64,000 bases of DNA from Eledone cirrhosa (lineage: Eukaryota): positions 17,608,001 through 17,672,000 of the forward strand of contig OZ024741.1 of the NCBI GenBank assembly GCA_964016885.1, in the 5' to 3' direction. The translations under genes were made by a program, and so were the position numbers. Within the stretch, counting starts at the first letter, position 1; each line of letters opens with the position of its first letter. Positions 1 to 14,701 of the stretch are shown one piece after another. The notes under the pieces were generated by a model. It saw nothing but the letters and a program-made list of their open reading frames with translations. It was not told where the DNA came from and searched no databases.

Positions 1-3000
1 AGTTCCCTCAAGACCGAGCTTTATTGTAGCTATGGTTTAGGCTCAGTTCGGTCATGACTAAGCTTTATTGTAGCTGTGGTTTAGGCTCAGTTCGGTCTTG
101 ACCGAGCTTTATTGTAACTGTGGTTTAGGCTCAGTTCCGCCATGACCAAGCTTTATTGTCGCTGTGGTTTAGGCTCAGTTCCGTCATGACCGAGCTTTAT
201 TGTAGCTGTGGTTTAGGCTCAGTTCCGCCATGAGCAAGATTTATTGTAGCTATTGTTTAGGCTCACTTCCGCCAGGACCGATCTTTATTGTAGCTCAGGT
301 TTGGGCTCAGTTCCGCCATGACCAAGCTTTATTGTAGCTGTGGTTTAGGCTCAGTTCCGCCATGACCGAGCTTTATTGTAGCTGTGGTTTAGACTCAGTT
401 CCGCCCTGACCAAGCTTTATTGTTGCTGTGGTTTAGACTCAGTTCCGTCACAACCGAGCTTTATTGTAGCTATAGTTTAGACTCAGTTCCGCCATGACCA
501 AGCTTTATTGTAGCTGTGGTTTAGGCTCAGTTCCGCCACAACCAAGCTTTATTTTAGCTGTTGTTTAGACTCAGTTCCGCCATGACCGAGCATTATTGTA
601 GCTATGGTTTAGGCTCAGTTCCGCCATGACCGAGCTTTATTGTAGCTGTGGTTTAGACTCAGTCCGCCATCACCGAGCTTTATTGTAGCTATGGTTTAGG
701 CACAGTTCCGCCATGATCGAGCTTTATTGTAGCTATGGTTTAGGCTCAGTTCCGCCATGACCAAGCTTTCGTGTAGCTATGTTTTAGGCTAAGTTCCGCC
801 ATGACCGAATTTTATTGTAGCTATATTTTAGGCTCAGTTCCGCCATGACCGAGCTTTATTGTAGCTGTGGTTTAGGCTCAGTTCCGTCATGACCGAGCTT
901 TATTGTAGCTCTGGTTTAGGCTCAGTTCCGTCATGACCGAGCTTTATTGTAGCTGTGGTTTAGGCTCAGTTCCGCCATGAGCAAGATTTATTGTAGCTGT
1001 TGTTTAGGCTCACTTCCGCCAGGACCTATCTTTATTGTAGCTCAGGTTTAGGCTCAGTTCCGCCCTGACCAAGCTTTATTGAAGCTGGGGTTTAGACTCA
1101 GTTCCGTCATGACCGAGCTTTATTGTAGCTATGGTTTAGGCTCAGTTCCGCCACGACCGAGCTTTATTGTAGCTGTGGTTTAGACTCAGTTGCGCCATGA
1201 CCAAGCTTTATTGTAGCTGTGGTTTAGGCTCAGTTCCGCCACAACCAAGCTTTATTGTAGCTGTGGTTTAGACTAAGTTCCGCCATGACCGAGCTTTATT
1301 GTAGCTATGGTTTAGGCACAGTTCCGCCATGACCAAGCTTTAGTGTAGCTATGTTTTAGGCTAAGTTCCGCCATGACCGAATTTTATTGTAGCTATATTT
1401 TAGGCTCAGTTCCGCCATGACCGAGCTTTATTGTAGCTATGGTTTAGGCTCAGTTCCGCCATGACCAAGCATTATTGTAGCTGTGGTTTAGGCTCAGTAC
1501 CGCCATGACCGAGCTTTATTGTAGCTGTGGTTTAGACTCAGTTCCGCCATGACCGAGCTTTATTGTAGCTGTGGTTTAGGCTCAGTTCCGCCATGACCGA
1601 GCCTTATTGTAGCTGTTGTTTAGACTCAGTTCCGCCATGACCAAGCTTTATTGTAGCTGTGGTTTAGGCACAGTTCCGTCATGGAGAGCTTTACTGTAGC
1701 TGTGGTTTAGGCTCAGTTCCGCCATGACCGAGATTTATTGTAGCTGTGGTTTAACTCCGTTCCGCCATGACCGAGCTTTATTGTAGCTGTGGTTTAGGCT
1801 CAGTTCCGCCATGACCAAGCTTTACTTGTAGCTGTGGTTTAGGCTCAGTTCCCTCAAGACCGAGCTTTATTGTAGCTGTGGTTTAGGCTCAGTTCCGCCA
1901 TGACCAAGCTTTATTGTAGCTATGGTTTAGGCTCAGTTCGGTCATGACTAAGCTTTATTGTAGCTGTGGTTTAGGCTCAGTTCGGTCTTGACCGAGCTTT
2001 ATTGTAACTGGTTTAGGCTCAGTTCCGCCATGACCAAGCTTTATTGTCGCTGTGGTTTAGGCTCAGTTCCGCAATGACCGAGCTTTATTGTAGCTCAGTT
2101 TTAGGCTCAGTTCCGCCATGACCAAGCTTTATTGTAGCTGTGGTTTAGGCTCAGTTCCGCCATGACCGAGCTTTATTGTAGCTGTGGTTTAGACTTAGTT
2201 CCGCCCTGACCAAGCTTTATTGTAGCTGTGGTTTAGACTCAGTTCCGTCATGACCGAGCTTTATTGTAGCTATGGTTTAGACTCAGTTCCGCCATGACCG
2301 AGCTTTATTGTAGATGTGGTTTAGGCTCAGTTCCGCCATGACCGAGCTTTATTGTAGCTCAGGTTTAGGCTCAGTTCCGCCATGACCGAGCTTTTTTGTA
2401 GCTGTGGTTTAGGCTCAGTTCCGCCATGACCGAGCTTTATTGTAGCTGTGGTTTAGGCTCAGTTCCGCCATGACCGAGCTTTATTGTAGCTCAGGTTTAG
2501 GCTCAGTTCCGCCATGACCGAGATTTATTGTAGCTGTGGTTTAGGCTCAGTTCCGCCATGACCGAGCCTTATTGTAGCTGTGCTTTAGGCTCAGTTCCGT
2601 CATGATCGAGCATTATTGTAGCTGTGGTTTAGGCTCAGTTCCGCCATGATCGAGCCTTATTGTAGCTGTGGTTTAGGCTCAGTTGTGCCATGACCAAGCT
2701 TTATTGTAGCTGTGGTTTAAGCTCAGTTCCCTCATGAATGAGCTTTATTGTAGACGTGGTTTAGGCTCAGTTCCGCCATGACCGAGCTTTATTGTAGCTG
2801 TGGTTTAGGCTCAGTTCCGTCATGACCGAGCTTTATTGTAGCTGTGGTTTAGACTCAGTTGCGTCATGACCGAGCTTTACTGTAGCTATGGTTTAGACTC
2901 AGTTCCGCCATGACCAAGCTTTATTGTAGCTGTGGTTTAGGCTCAGTTCTGCCATGACCGAGCTTTACTGTAGCTGTGGTTTAGACTCAATTCCGCCATG

Positions 3001-6000
3001 ACCAAGCTTTATTGTAGCTGTGGTTTAGGCTCCGTTCCGCCATGATCGAGCTTTATTATAGCTGTGGTTTAGGCTCAGTTCCGCCATGACCGAGCTTAAT
3101 TGTAGCTGTGGTTTAGACTCAGTTCCGCCATGACCGAGCTTTATTGTAGCTGTGGTTTAGGCTCAGTACCGCCGTGACCTAGCTTTTTTGTCGCTGTGGT
3201 TTAGGTTCAGTTCCGCCATGACCGAGCTTTATTGTCGCTGTGGTTTAGGCTCAGTTCCGCCATGAGCAAGATTTATTGTAGCTGTGGTTTAGGCTCAGTT
3301 CCGCCATGACCGATCTTTATTTTAGCTGTGGTTTAGACTCAGTTCCGCCATGACCGAGCTTTATTGTAGCTGTGGTTTAGGCTCAGTTCCGTCATGACCG
3401 AGCTTTATTGTAGTTGTGGTTTAGGCTCAGTTCGGTCATGACCAATCTTTATTGAAGCTGTGGTTTAGGCTCAGTTCCGCCATGACCGAGCTTTATTGTA
3501 GCTGTGGTTTAGACTCAGTTCGGCGATGACTGAGCTTTACTGTAGCTCGGTCATGGCGGAACTGAGCCTAAAATATAGCTACAATAAAATTCGGTCATGG
3601 CGGAACTTAGCCTAAAACATAGCTACACTAAAGCTTGGTCATGGCGGAACTGAGTTAAACCACAGCTACAATAAATCTCGGTCATGGCGGAACTGAGCCT
3701 AAACCACAGCTACAGTAAAGCTCTTCATGACGGAACTGTGCCTAAACCACAGCTACAATAAAGCTTGGTCATGGCGGAACTGAGTCTAAACAACAGCTAC
3801 AATAAGGCTCGGTCATGGCGGAACTGAGCCTAAACCACAGCTACAATAAAGCTCGGTCATGGCGGAACTGAGTCTAAACCACAGCTACAATAAAGCTCGG
3901 TCATGGCGGAACTGAGCCTAAACCTGAGCTACAATAAAGATCGGTCCTGGCGGATCTGAGTCTAAACCACAGCCACAATAAAGCTCAATCATCGCCGAAC
4001 TGAGTCTAAACCACAGCTTCAATAAAGCTTGGTCATGGCGGAACTGAGCCTAAACTACAGCTACAATAGCTATGGTTTAGGCTCAGTTCCGCCATGACCA
4101 AGCTTTATTGTAGCTGTGGTTTAGGCTCAGTTCCGCCATGACCGAGCTTTATTGTAGCTGTGGTTTAGGCTAAGTTCCGCCATGACCGAGCTTTATTGTA
4201 GCTGTGGTTTAGGCTCAGTTCTGCCATGACAGAGCTTTATTGTAGCTCTGGTTTAGGCTCAGTTCCGTCATGACCGAGCTTTATTGTAGCTGTGGTTTAG
4301 GCTCAGTTCCGCCATGAGCAAGATTTATTGTAGCTGTTGTTTAGGCTCACTTCCGCCAGGACCGATCTTTATTGTAGCTCAGGTTTAGGCTCAGTTCCGC
4401 CATGACCAAGCTTTATTTTAGCTGTGGTTTAGGCTCAGTTCCGCCATGACCGAGCTTTATTGTAGCTGTGGTTTAGACTCAGTTCCGCCCTGACCAAGCT
4501 TTATTGAAGCTGTGGTTTAGACTCAGTTCCGTCATGACCGAGCTTTATTGTAGCTATGGTTTAGACTCAGTTCTGCCATGACCAAGCTTTACTGTAGCTG
4601 TGGTTTAGGCTCAGTTCCCTCAAGACCGAGCTTTATTGTAGCTGTGGTTTAGGCTCAGTTCCGCCATGACCAAGCTTTATTGTAGCTATGGTTTAGGCTC
4701 AGTTCGGTCATGACTAAGCTTTATAGTAGCTGTGGTTTAGGCTCAGTTCGGTCTTGACCGAGCTTTATTGTAACTGGTTTAGGCTCAGTTCCGCCATGAC
4801 CAAGCTTTATTGTCGCTGTGGTTTAGGCTCAGTTCCGCAATGACCGAGCTTTATTGTAGCTCAGTTTTAGGCTCAGTTCCGCCATGACCAAGCTTTATTG
4901 TAGCTGTGGTTTAGGCTCAGTTCCGCCATGACCGAGCTTTATTGGAGCTGTGGTTTAGACTTAGTTCCGCCCTGACCAAGCTTTATTGTAGCTGTGGTTT
5001 AGACTCAGTTCCGTCATGACCGAGCTTTATTGTAGCTATGGTTTAGACTTAGTTCCGCCATGACCGAGCTTTATTGTAGATGTGGTTTAGGCTCAGTTCC
5101 GCCATGACCGATCTTTATTGTAGCTCAGGTTTAGGCTCAGTTCCGCCATGACCGAGCTTTTTTGTAGCTGTGGTTTAGGCTCAGTTCCGCCATGACCGAG
5201 CTTTATTGTAGCTGTGGTTTAGGCTCAGTTCCGCCATGACCGAGCTTTATTGTAGCTCAGGTTTAGGCTCAGTTCCGCCATGACCGAGATTTATTGTAGC
5301 TGTGGTTTAGGCTCAGTTCCGCCATTACCCAGCCTTATTGTAGCTGTGCTTTAGGCTCAGTTCCGTCATGATCGAGCTTTATTGTAGCTGTGGTTTAGGC
5401 TCAGTTCCGCCATGATCGAGCCTTATTGTAGCTGTGGTTTAGGCTCAGTTCCGCCATGATCGAGCCTTATTGTAGCTGTGGTTTAGGCTCAGTTGTGCCA
5501 TGACCAAGCTTTATTGTAGCTGTGGTTTAAGCTCAGTTCCCTCATGAATGAGCTTTATTGTAGCTGTGGTTTAGGCTCAGTTCCGCCATGACCGAGCTTT
5601 ATTGTAGCTGTGGTTTAGACTCAGTTCCGTCATGACCGAGCTTTATTGTAGCTGTGGTTTAGACTCAGTTGCGTCATGACCGAGCTTTACTGTAGCTATG
5701 GTTTAGACTCAGTTCCGCCATGACCAAGCTTTATTGTAGCTGTGGTTTAGGCTCAGTTCTGCCATGACCGAGCTTTTCTGTAGCTGTGGTTTAGACTCAG
5801 TTCCGCCACGACCAAGCTTTATTGTAGCTGTGGTTTAGGCTCCGTTCCGACATGATCGAGCTTTATTATAGCTGAGGTTTAGGCTCAGTTCCGCCATGAC
5901 CGAGCTTTATTGTAGCTGTGGTTTAGGCTCAGTTCCGCCATGACCGAGCTTTATTGTAGTTGTGGTTTAGACTCAGTTCCGCCATGACCGAGCTTTATTG

Positions 6001-9000
6001 TAGCTGTGGTTTAGGCTCAGTACCACCGTGACCTAGCTTTTTTGTCGCTGTGGTTTAGGTTCAGTTCCGCCATGACCGAGCTTTATTGTCGCTGTGGTTT
6101 AGGCTCAGTTCAGCCATGAGCAAGATTTATTGTAGCTGTGGTTTAGGCTCAGTTCCGCCATGACCGATCTTTATTTTAGCTGTGGTTTAGGCTCAGTTCC
6201 GCCATGACCAAGCTTTATTGTAGCTTTGGTTTAGGCTCAGTTCCGCCATAACTGAACTTTATTGTAGCTGGGGTTAAGGCTCAGTTCCGCCACGACCGAG
6301 CCCTATTGTAGCTGTGGTTTAGACTCAGTTCCGCCATGACCGAGCTTTATTGTAGCTGTAGTTTAGGCTCAGTTCCGTCATGACCTAGCTTTATTGTAGC
6401 TCAGGTTTAGGCTCAGTTCCGCCATGACCAAGCTTTACTGTAGCTGTCGTTTAGACTCAGTTCCGCCATGACCGATCTTTATTGTAGCTGTAGTTTACGC
6501 TCAGTTCCGCCATGACCAAGCTTTATTGAAGCTGTGGTTTAGACTCAGTTCGGCGATGATTGAGCTTTATTGTGGCTGTGGTTTAGACTCAGATCCGCCA
6601 TGACCGAGCTTTATTGTAGCTGTGGTTTAGACTCAGTTCCGCCATAACCGAGCTTTATTGTAGCTGTGGTTTAGGCTCAGTTCCGTCATGACCGAGCTTT
6701 ATTGTAGTTGTGGTTTAGGCTCAGTTCGGTCATGACCAAGCTTTATTGAAGCTGTGGTTTAGGCTCAGTTCCGCCATGACCGAGCTTTATTGTAGCTGTG
6801 GTTTAGACTCAGTTCGGCGATGACTGAGCTTTATTGTAGCTGTAGTTTAGACTCAGATCCGCCATGACCGAGCTTTATTGTAGCTGTGGTTTAGGCTCAG
6901 TTCCGCCATTACCGAGCTTTATTGTAGCTGTGGTTTAGGCTCAGTTCCGCCATGACCGAGCTTTATTGTAGCTGTGGTTTAGGCTCAGTTCTGCCATGAC
7001 AGAGCTTTATTGTAGCTGTGGTTTAGGCTCAGTTCCGCCATGTCCGAGCTTTATTGTAGCTGTGGTTTAGGCTCAGTTCTGCCATGACAGAGCTTTATTG
7101 TAGCTGTGGTTTAGGCTCAGTTCCGCCATGTCTGAGCTTTATTGTAGCTGTGTTTTAGGCTCAGTTCGGTCATGACCGAGCCTTATTGTAGCTGTGGTTT
7201 AGGCTCAGTTCGGTCATGACCGAGCTTTATTGTAGCTGTGGTTTAGGCTCAGTTCTGCCATGACCGAGCTTTATTGTAGCTGTGGTTTAGGCTCAGTTCC
7301 GCCATGACCGAGCTTTTTTGTAGCTGTGGTTTAGGCTCAGTTCCGCCATGACCGAGCTTTATTGTAGCTGTGGTTTAGGCTCAGTTCCGCCATGACCGAG
7401 CTTTATTGTAGCTCAGGTTTAGGCTCAGTTCCGCCATGACCGAGATTTATTGTAGCTGTGGTTTAGGCTCAGTTCCGCCATGACCGAGCCTTATTGTAGC
7501 TGTGCTTTAGGCTCAGTTCCGTCATGATCGAGCTTTATTGTAGCTGTGGTTTAGGCTCAGTTCCGCCATGATCGAGCCTTATTGTAGCTGTGGTTTAGGC
7601 TCAGTTCCGCCATGATCGAGCCTTATTGTAGCTGTGGTTTAGGCTCAGTTGTGCCATGACCAAGCTTTATTGTAGCTGTGGTTTAAACTCAATTCCCTCA
7701 TGAATGAGCTTTATTGTAGCTGTGGTTTAGGCTCAGTTCCGCCATGACCGAGCTTTATTGTAGCTGTGGTTTAGGCTCAGTTCTGCCATGACCGAGCTTT
7801 ACTGTAGCTGTGGTTTAGACTCAGTTCCGCCATGACCAAGCTTTATTGTAGCTGTGGTTTAGGCTCCGTTCCGCCATGATCGAGCTTTATTATAGCTGTG
7901 GTTTAGGCTCAGTTCCGCCATGACCGAGCTTTATTGTAGCTGTGGTTTAGGCTCAGTTCCGCCATGACCGAGCTTTATTGTAGCTGTGGTTTAGACTCAG
8001 TTCCGCCATGACCGAGCTTTATTGTAGCTGTGGTTTAGGCTCAGTACCGCCGTGACCTAGCTTTTTTGTCGCTGTGGTTTAGGTTCAGTTCCGCCATGAC
8101 CGAGCTTTATTGTCGCTGTGGTTTAGGCTCAGTTCCGCCATGAGCAAGATTTATTGTAGCTGTGGTTTAGGCTCAGTTCCGCCATGACCGATCTTTATTT
8201 TAGCTGTGGTTTAGGCTCAGTTCCGCCATGACCAAGCTTTATTGTAGCTGTGGTTTAGGCTCAGTTCCGCCATAACTGAACTTTATTGTAGCTGGGGTTA
8301 AGGCTCAGTTCCGCCACGACCGAGCCCTATTGTAGTTGTGGTTTAGACTCAGTTCCGCCATGACCGAGCTTTATTGTAGCTGTAGTTTAGGCTCAGTTCC
8401 GTCATGACCTAGCTTTATTGTAGCTCAGGTTTAGGCTCAGTTCCGCCATGACCAAGCTTTACTGTAGCTGTCGTTTAGACTCAGTTCCGCCATGACCGAT
8501 CTTTATTGTAGCTGTAGTTTAGGCTCAGTTCCGCCATGACCAAGCTTTATTGAAGCTGTGGTTTAGACTCAGTTCGGCGATGATTGAGCTTTATTGTGGC
8601 TGTGGTTTAGACTCAGATCCGCCATGACCGAGCTTTATTGTAGCTGTGGTTTAGACTCAGTTCCGCCATAACCGAGCTTTATTGTAGCTGTGGTTTAGGC
8701 TCAGTTCCGTCATGACCGAGCTTTATTGTAGTTGTGGTTTAGGCTCAGTTCGGTCATGACCAAGCATTATTGAAGCTGTGGTTTAGGCTCAGTTCCGCCA
8801 TGACCGAGCTTTATTGTAGCTGTGGTTTAGACTCAGTTCGGCGATGACTGAGCTTTATTGTAGCTGTAGTTTTGACTCAGATCCGCCATGACCGAGCTTT
8901 ATTGTAGCTGTGGTTTAGGCTCAGTTCCGCCATTACCGAGCTTTATTGTAGCTGTGGTTTAGGCTCAGTTCCGCCATGACCGAGCTTTATTGTAGCTGTG

Positions 9001-10525
9001 GTTTAGGCTCAGTTCTGCCATGACAGAGCTTTATTGTAGCTGTGGTTTAGGCTCAGTTCCGCCATGTCCGAGCTTTATTGTAGCTGTGGTTTAGGCTCAG
9101 TTCTGCCATGACAGAGCTTTATTGTAGCTGTGGTTTAGGCTCAGTACCGCCGTGACCTAGCTTTTTTGTCGCTGTGGTTTAGGTTCAGTTCCGCCATGAC
9201 CGAGCTTTATTGTCGCTGTGGTTTAGGCTCAGTTCCGCCATGAGCAAGATTTATTGTAGCTGTGGTTTAGGCTCAGTTCCGCCATGACCGATCTTTATTT
9301 TAGCTGTGGTTTAGGCTCAGTTCCGCCATGACCAAGCTTTATTGTAGCTGTGGTTTAGGCTCAGTTCCGCCATAACTGAACTTTATTGTAGCTGGGGTTA
9401 AGGCTCAGTTCCGCCACGACCGAGCCCTATTGTAGTTGTGGTTTAGACTCAGTTCCGCCATGACCGAGCTTTATTGTAGCTGTAGTTTAGGCTCAGTTCC
9501 GTCATGACCTAGCTTTATTGTAGCTCAGGTTTAGGCTCAGTTCCGCCATGACCAAGCTTTACTGTAGCTGTCGTTTAGACTCAGTTCCGCCATGACCGAT
9601 CTTTATTGTAGCTGTAGTTTAGGCTCAGTTCCGCCATGACCAAGCTTTATTGAAGCTGTGATTTAGACTCAGTTCGGCGATGATTGAGCTTTATTGTGGC
9701 TGTGGTTTAGACTCAGATCCGCCATGACCGAGCTTTATTGTAGCTGTGGTTTAGACTCAGTTCCGCCATAACCGAGCTTTATTGTAGCTGTGGTTTAGGC
9801 TCAGTTCCGTCATGACCGAGCTTTATTGTAGTTGTGGTTTAGGCTCAGTTCGGTCATGACCAAGCATTATTGAAGCTGTGGTTTAGGCTCAGTTCCGCCA
9901 TGACCGAGCTTTATTGTAGCTGTGGTTTAGACTCAGTTCGGCGATGACTGAGCTTTATTGTAGCTGTAGTTTTGACTCAGATCCGCCATGACCGAGCTTT
10001 ATTGTAGCTGTGGTTTAGGCTCAGTTCCGCCATTACCGAGCTTTATTGTAGCTGTGGTTTAGGCTCAGTTCCGCCATGACCGAGCTTTATTGTAGCTGTG
10101 GTTTAGGCTCAGTTCTGCCATGACAGAGCTTTATTGTAGCTGTGGTTTAGGCTCAGTTCCGCCATGTCCGAGCTTTATTGTAGCTGTGGTTTAGGCTCAG
10201 TTCTGCCATGACAGAGCTTTATTGTAGCTGTGGTTTAGGCTCAGTTCCGCCATGTCTGAGCTTTATTGTAGCTGTGGTTTAGGCTCAGTTCGGTCATGAC
10301 CGAGCCTTATTGTAGCTGTGGTTTAGGCTCAGTTCGGTCATGACCGAGCTTTATTGTAGCTGTGGTTTAGGCTCAGTTCTGCCATGACCGAGCTTTATTG
10401 TAGCTGTGGTTTAGGTTCAGTTCCGCCATGACCGAGCTTTATTGTAGCTGTGGTTTAGGCTCAGATCGGTCATGACCGAGCCTTATTGTAGCTGTGGTTT
10501 AGGCTCATTTCGGTCATGACCAAGC
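1..10525. repeat. 44-bp satellite array (about 240 units; consensus GTTCCGCCATGACCGAGCTTTATTGTAGCTGTGGTTTAGGCTCA), open at window start
   Basis: Period 44 read directly (AGTT at 1 and 45); contiguous units with point variants, no spacers; internal inversion at about 3544-4068. Confidence 0.98.
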
Positions 10526-10884
10526 AGACCTATCAGAAAAGACATTTTAGTCATGACCATCTCATATTTTATTTTAGTTATAATGTATCCCTGACTACAT
10601 GACCTAACATGTCCATTTGAGGTGTTATTTGGCTGCTATTTCTAACAATGTTACCGATTTACCGGTGTTCCAACTGCTGTATAATTTGTCACGACATTGA
10701 AAAGTTGGTCACAAATATAGACATGTTAAGAAATATGAAACGAGACGTAGAAATGTTAGCTACTGTTTTGTTTATATATTTGTTTGGTCAGAGTTTGTTA
10801 TTTTCTTGTGTGGGGTGGGGAGCGGATGTGTGGGTGGCGGGGGTCTTTTGGTATAGGGATAAAGAAGGGGAGGGGCAGTTTCAG

Positions 10885-10931
10885 AACATTCATCAAAGCT
10901 GGAGATTTGGTATATAGATGTCACTCAAAAG
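10885..10931 (+). other. possible 47-nt host exon (reads TFIKAGDLVYRCHSK)
   Basis: TTTCAG acceptor at 10879-10884 and consensus donor AAG/GTAAGT at 10931/10932, open frame; weak polypyrimidine tract, no partner exons identified. Confidence 0.25.
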
Positions 10932-10959
10932 GTAAGTAATTCATTCAATCATTCTTTGT

Positions 10960-12110
<1,151 letters not shown>

Positions 12111-12385
12111 TGTGTGAATGTGTTCTGTGTGTTTTACAATATTTCTGAGGTAAGAAATGTCATATTGAAACAGATATTGTTGTACATTGAGAGGGTCATA
12201 CGGTCATCCAACCAACACCACACCTATACTGACTGACTTGTCTCGTCTCAGTTTTATTATCAATTAATTAGTTAGTTAATTAAGTAATAATAATAAAGAA
12301 AGACTGAATACAACCTGTCAATGTGTGGGTGTGTTTATTGTTAGACCGACATCCTCAAATTACAATACAAGTGCATGTTTGCATA

Positions 12386-12466
<81 letters not shown>

Positions 12467-12799
12467 GTATATATATATATAACCAACCAAATCTTAATAC
12501 CGCCCAAGCCACTTTTTTCACATAAAACTGATCAGAATAGATAAAAAATCAGGAGCACTCTATCTCAAAATTATTTTTGAAAAGCATAAGAAATGCGCAA
12601 CCGGTAAAAACTTAAAACTAAAACTGAATACTAACTAATACTTAGTACTAATTTATACTTACTCCTAATTAAACTATTTTTCACTGGGAAAAATTTGTCA
12701 GCATTTTCTTTTCCTTTTTACTAATATATCACAACTCGTGTGGTCATACCTCTATTTTTTAAAAATATATATATGTATGTATATATATATATATAACAT

Positions 12800-13248
12800 A
12801 CACACACACGTGCTCAAGTATAGCTCTTTTTACAAAACGGTTTGTTTTCCATTTCAGGTAGACGCGCTCCATCATCCTCTAAAAAATAAATCATACACAA
12901 AACGCCAGCACCAACAGTTTTGCAAGAGATGTCGACATGAAAGGACCTGTTATTTTTATCTAAAGACATTTTTTCCAATTCCAACCCACCCGTCCCCTCA
13001 ATCTATCTTACGTCTCATTCTTTCTTCTGATGAAGGACTAGCTTTCGAAACATTAAACCCTCTTCCTGCTATATCAAGCATTAACCTAATATATCCCTTC
13101 CATATACTGTACCGATTGTGCAATTATTTCTGTTTACCTTTTACATACATACACACATATATATATATGTATGTAAAAGGTAAACAGAAATAATAGCACA
13201 ATCGGTACAGTATATGGAAGGGATATATTAGGTTAATGCTTGGTATAT
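12800..13248 (+). mobile_element. PLE-like terminal fragment with degenerate minimal HHR (CTGATGA at 13027, GAAAC at 13047) and an inverted copy of its 3' end
   Basis: CTGATGA-aggactagctttc-GAAAC; 13071-13151 is the reverse complement of 13166-13248. Confidence 0.55.
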
Positions 13249-13254
13249 ATATAT

Positions 13255-13380
13255 TGACATATGTTGATGCCCTAAGGACAGACACCGGCCTCTTGGAGAC
13301 GCAGGACATGGCAGCGATGATGAGGGACAGAGACGACTGGAGAGAACTCGTCCATGGATCACGGGAATTTTACCCGCCCT

Positions 13381-13382
<2 letters not shown>
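13255..13382 (+). mobile_element. 3' end of an RTE-like LINE
   Basis: Translates TYVDALRTDTGLLETQDMAAMMRDRDDWRELV, a typical RTE C-terminus (M.DR..W), followed by (TA)n. Confidence 0.7.
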
Positions 13383-13465
<83 letters not shown>

Positions 13466-13524
13466 CATATACATATATGTACACATAGAGATATGTGTTC
13501 AATCTATACCTTGAGCTCATTAAA

Positions 13525-13969
13525 TTATAGGGATTAATGTGAGTCTTTAACCCCGTTCTTTAATTTGATATATTGGCTCCTAATTCATTACTATATGTCA
13601 GTAGAGCTTAAGTTGAATGGTCCCGACCTGCTCTTTTTAGCAGTCCTGTGGTCTATTCACACTACCATGGGCTATAAAACGCACATGTCTTTTCTCTATA
13701 CCATGCGTATTTTCATAGTTATCTGATATATATTTAGAAGTGTTGATCGTATTGTTAGACACCCACTGATGAGCCCTCTACAATATGTATTCTTCATTTA
13801 TTATAGCGAAACATACTCTAATTGAAGCATGTCCAGGTGTAATAGTTATAATTGGATGGTTAGTACACTTTAATATTTTTTAAAAATTTATTTGTATTCA
13901 CTTTCGTAGACAATATGTTCACCACTTATAGGGGATTAATGTGAGTTTTTAACTCCGTTCTTTAACTTT
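13525..13969 (+). mobile_element. about 400-bp HHR-containing unit with about 42-bp terminal direct repeat (PLE pseudo-LTR or retrozyme-like)
   Basis: TTATAGGG(G)ATTAATGTGAGTYTTTAACYCCGTTCTTTAA at about 13525 and 13927; HHR in between. Confidence 0.6.
13759..13840 (+). ncRNA. type I hammerhead ribozyme (degenerate, long stem II)
   Basis: ACACC-ca-CTGATGA-GC..33 nt..GC-GAAA-CATACTC..GAAGCATG-TC-ca-GGTGT: core, GUC site and stems I-III recognisable with mismatches. Confidence 0.6.
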
Positions 13970-14522
13970 ATATATATACATATTTCATCATGTTTTCGCT
14001 GTGACCATTCTTCTCTCCCCTTCTACCTACTTATTTCGCTACTTTCTACTCTCACCCCTCTTTCTTCCTCTCCCTTTCTCCCTCTCACTTTCACCCCCTC
14101 GTCTGACCCTCTAGTAGTCCTTTTCTCACTTACAACTGCTGGGATCAGACGTGTGTCTTTTTTTTCTCGACCACTCAGTCTTGAACTTAAGTTCTCTTAT
14201 CGTGTGGTCTTGTATTTTCTTACCTTAAGTTGCTCGCACATTGCTCGGTTTGTTGTTTTTTCTTCGATGTTTTTACACTGTTTTCTCCTTTCTTCCCTTT
14301 TATTTTCCTTCCCTCCCTCCTCCGTTTTCCCAATAACTTATCCAGTTATTGACACCCTGGGCGGTAGATATCTTGTCTTTAAAGCGTAGAAATATCTGAG
14401 ATCCCCAGTAGACAACTGATGAGGAAAACTCCCCCCTCCCATTCTTGCTTCCTTCTTATTCCCACTCCATTTTAAGATACCTTAAATAGCAACTACACAG
14501 CCATTTCTATTCTCTCTCTCTC

Positions 14523-14579
<57 letters not shown>

Positions 14580-14701
14580 GGTGTTGGATGCTTAAAGCGT
14601 CCGTATGCGGTAGGCCGTATGAGCACTCGATGCTCTCATAGAGCAGAGTAAGATATCACAGAAAAAAAAAGAATCAGTGTTGCGACGAATGGAATTTATT
14701 G

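Noticed and set aside
1-10525. CRISPR array or telomeric repeat (TTAGGC in each unit)
   Set aside because: No unique spacers, eukaryotic context, no cas genes; TTAGGC occurs once per 44 bp, not in tandem.
12524-12580. Hammerhead CTGATCA..TCTATCTC-AAAA
   Set aside because: Both core boxes are mutated and stems I and III are only A/T runs; too weak to call.
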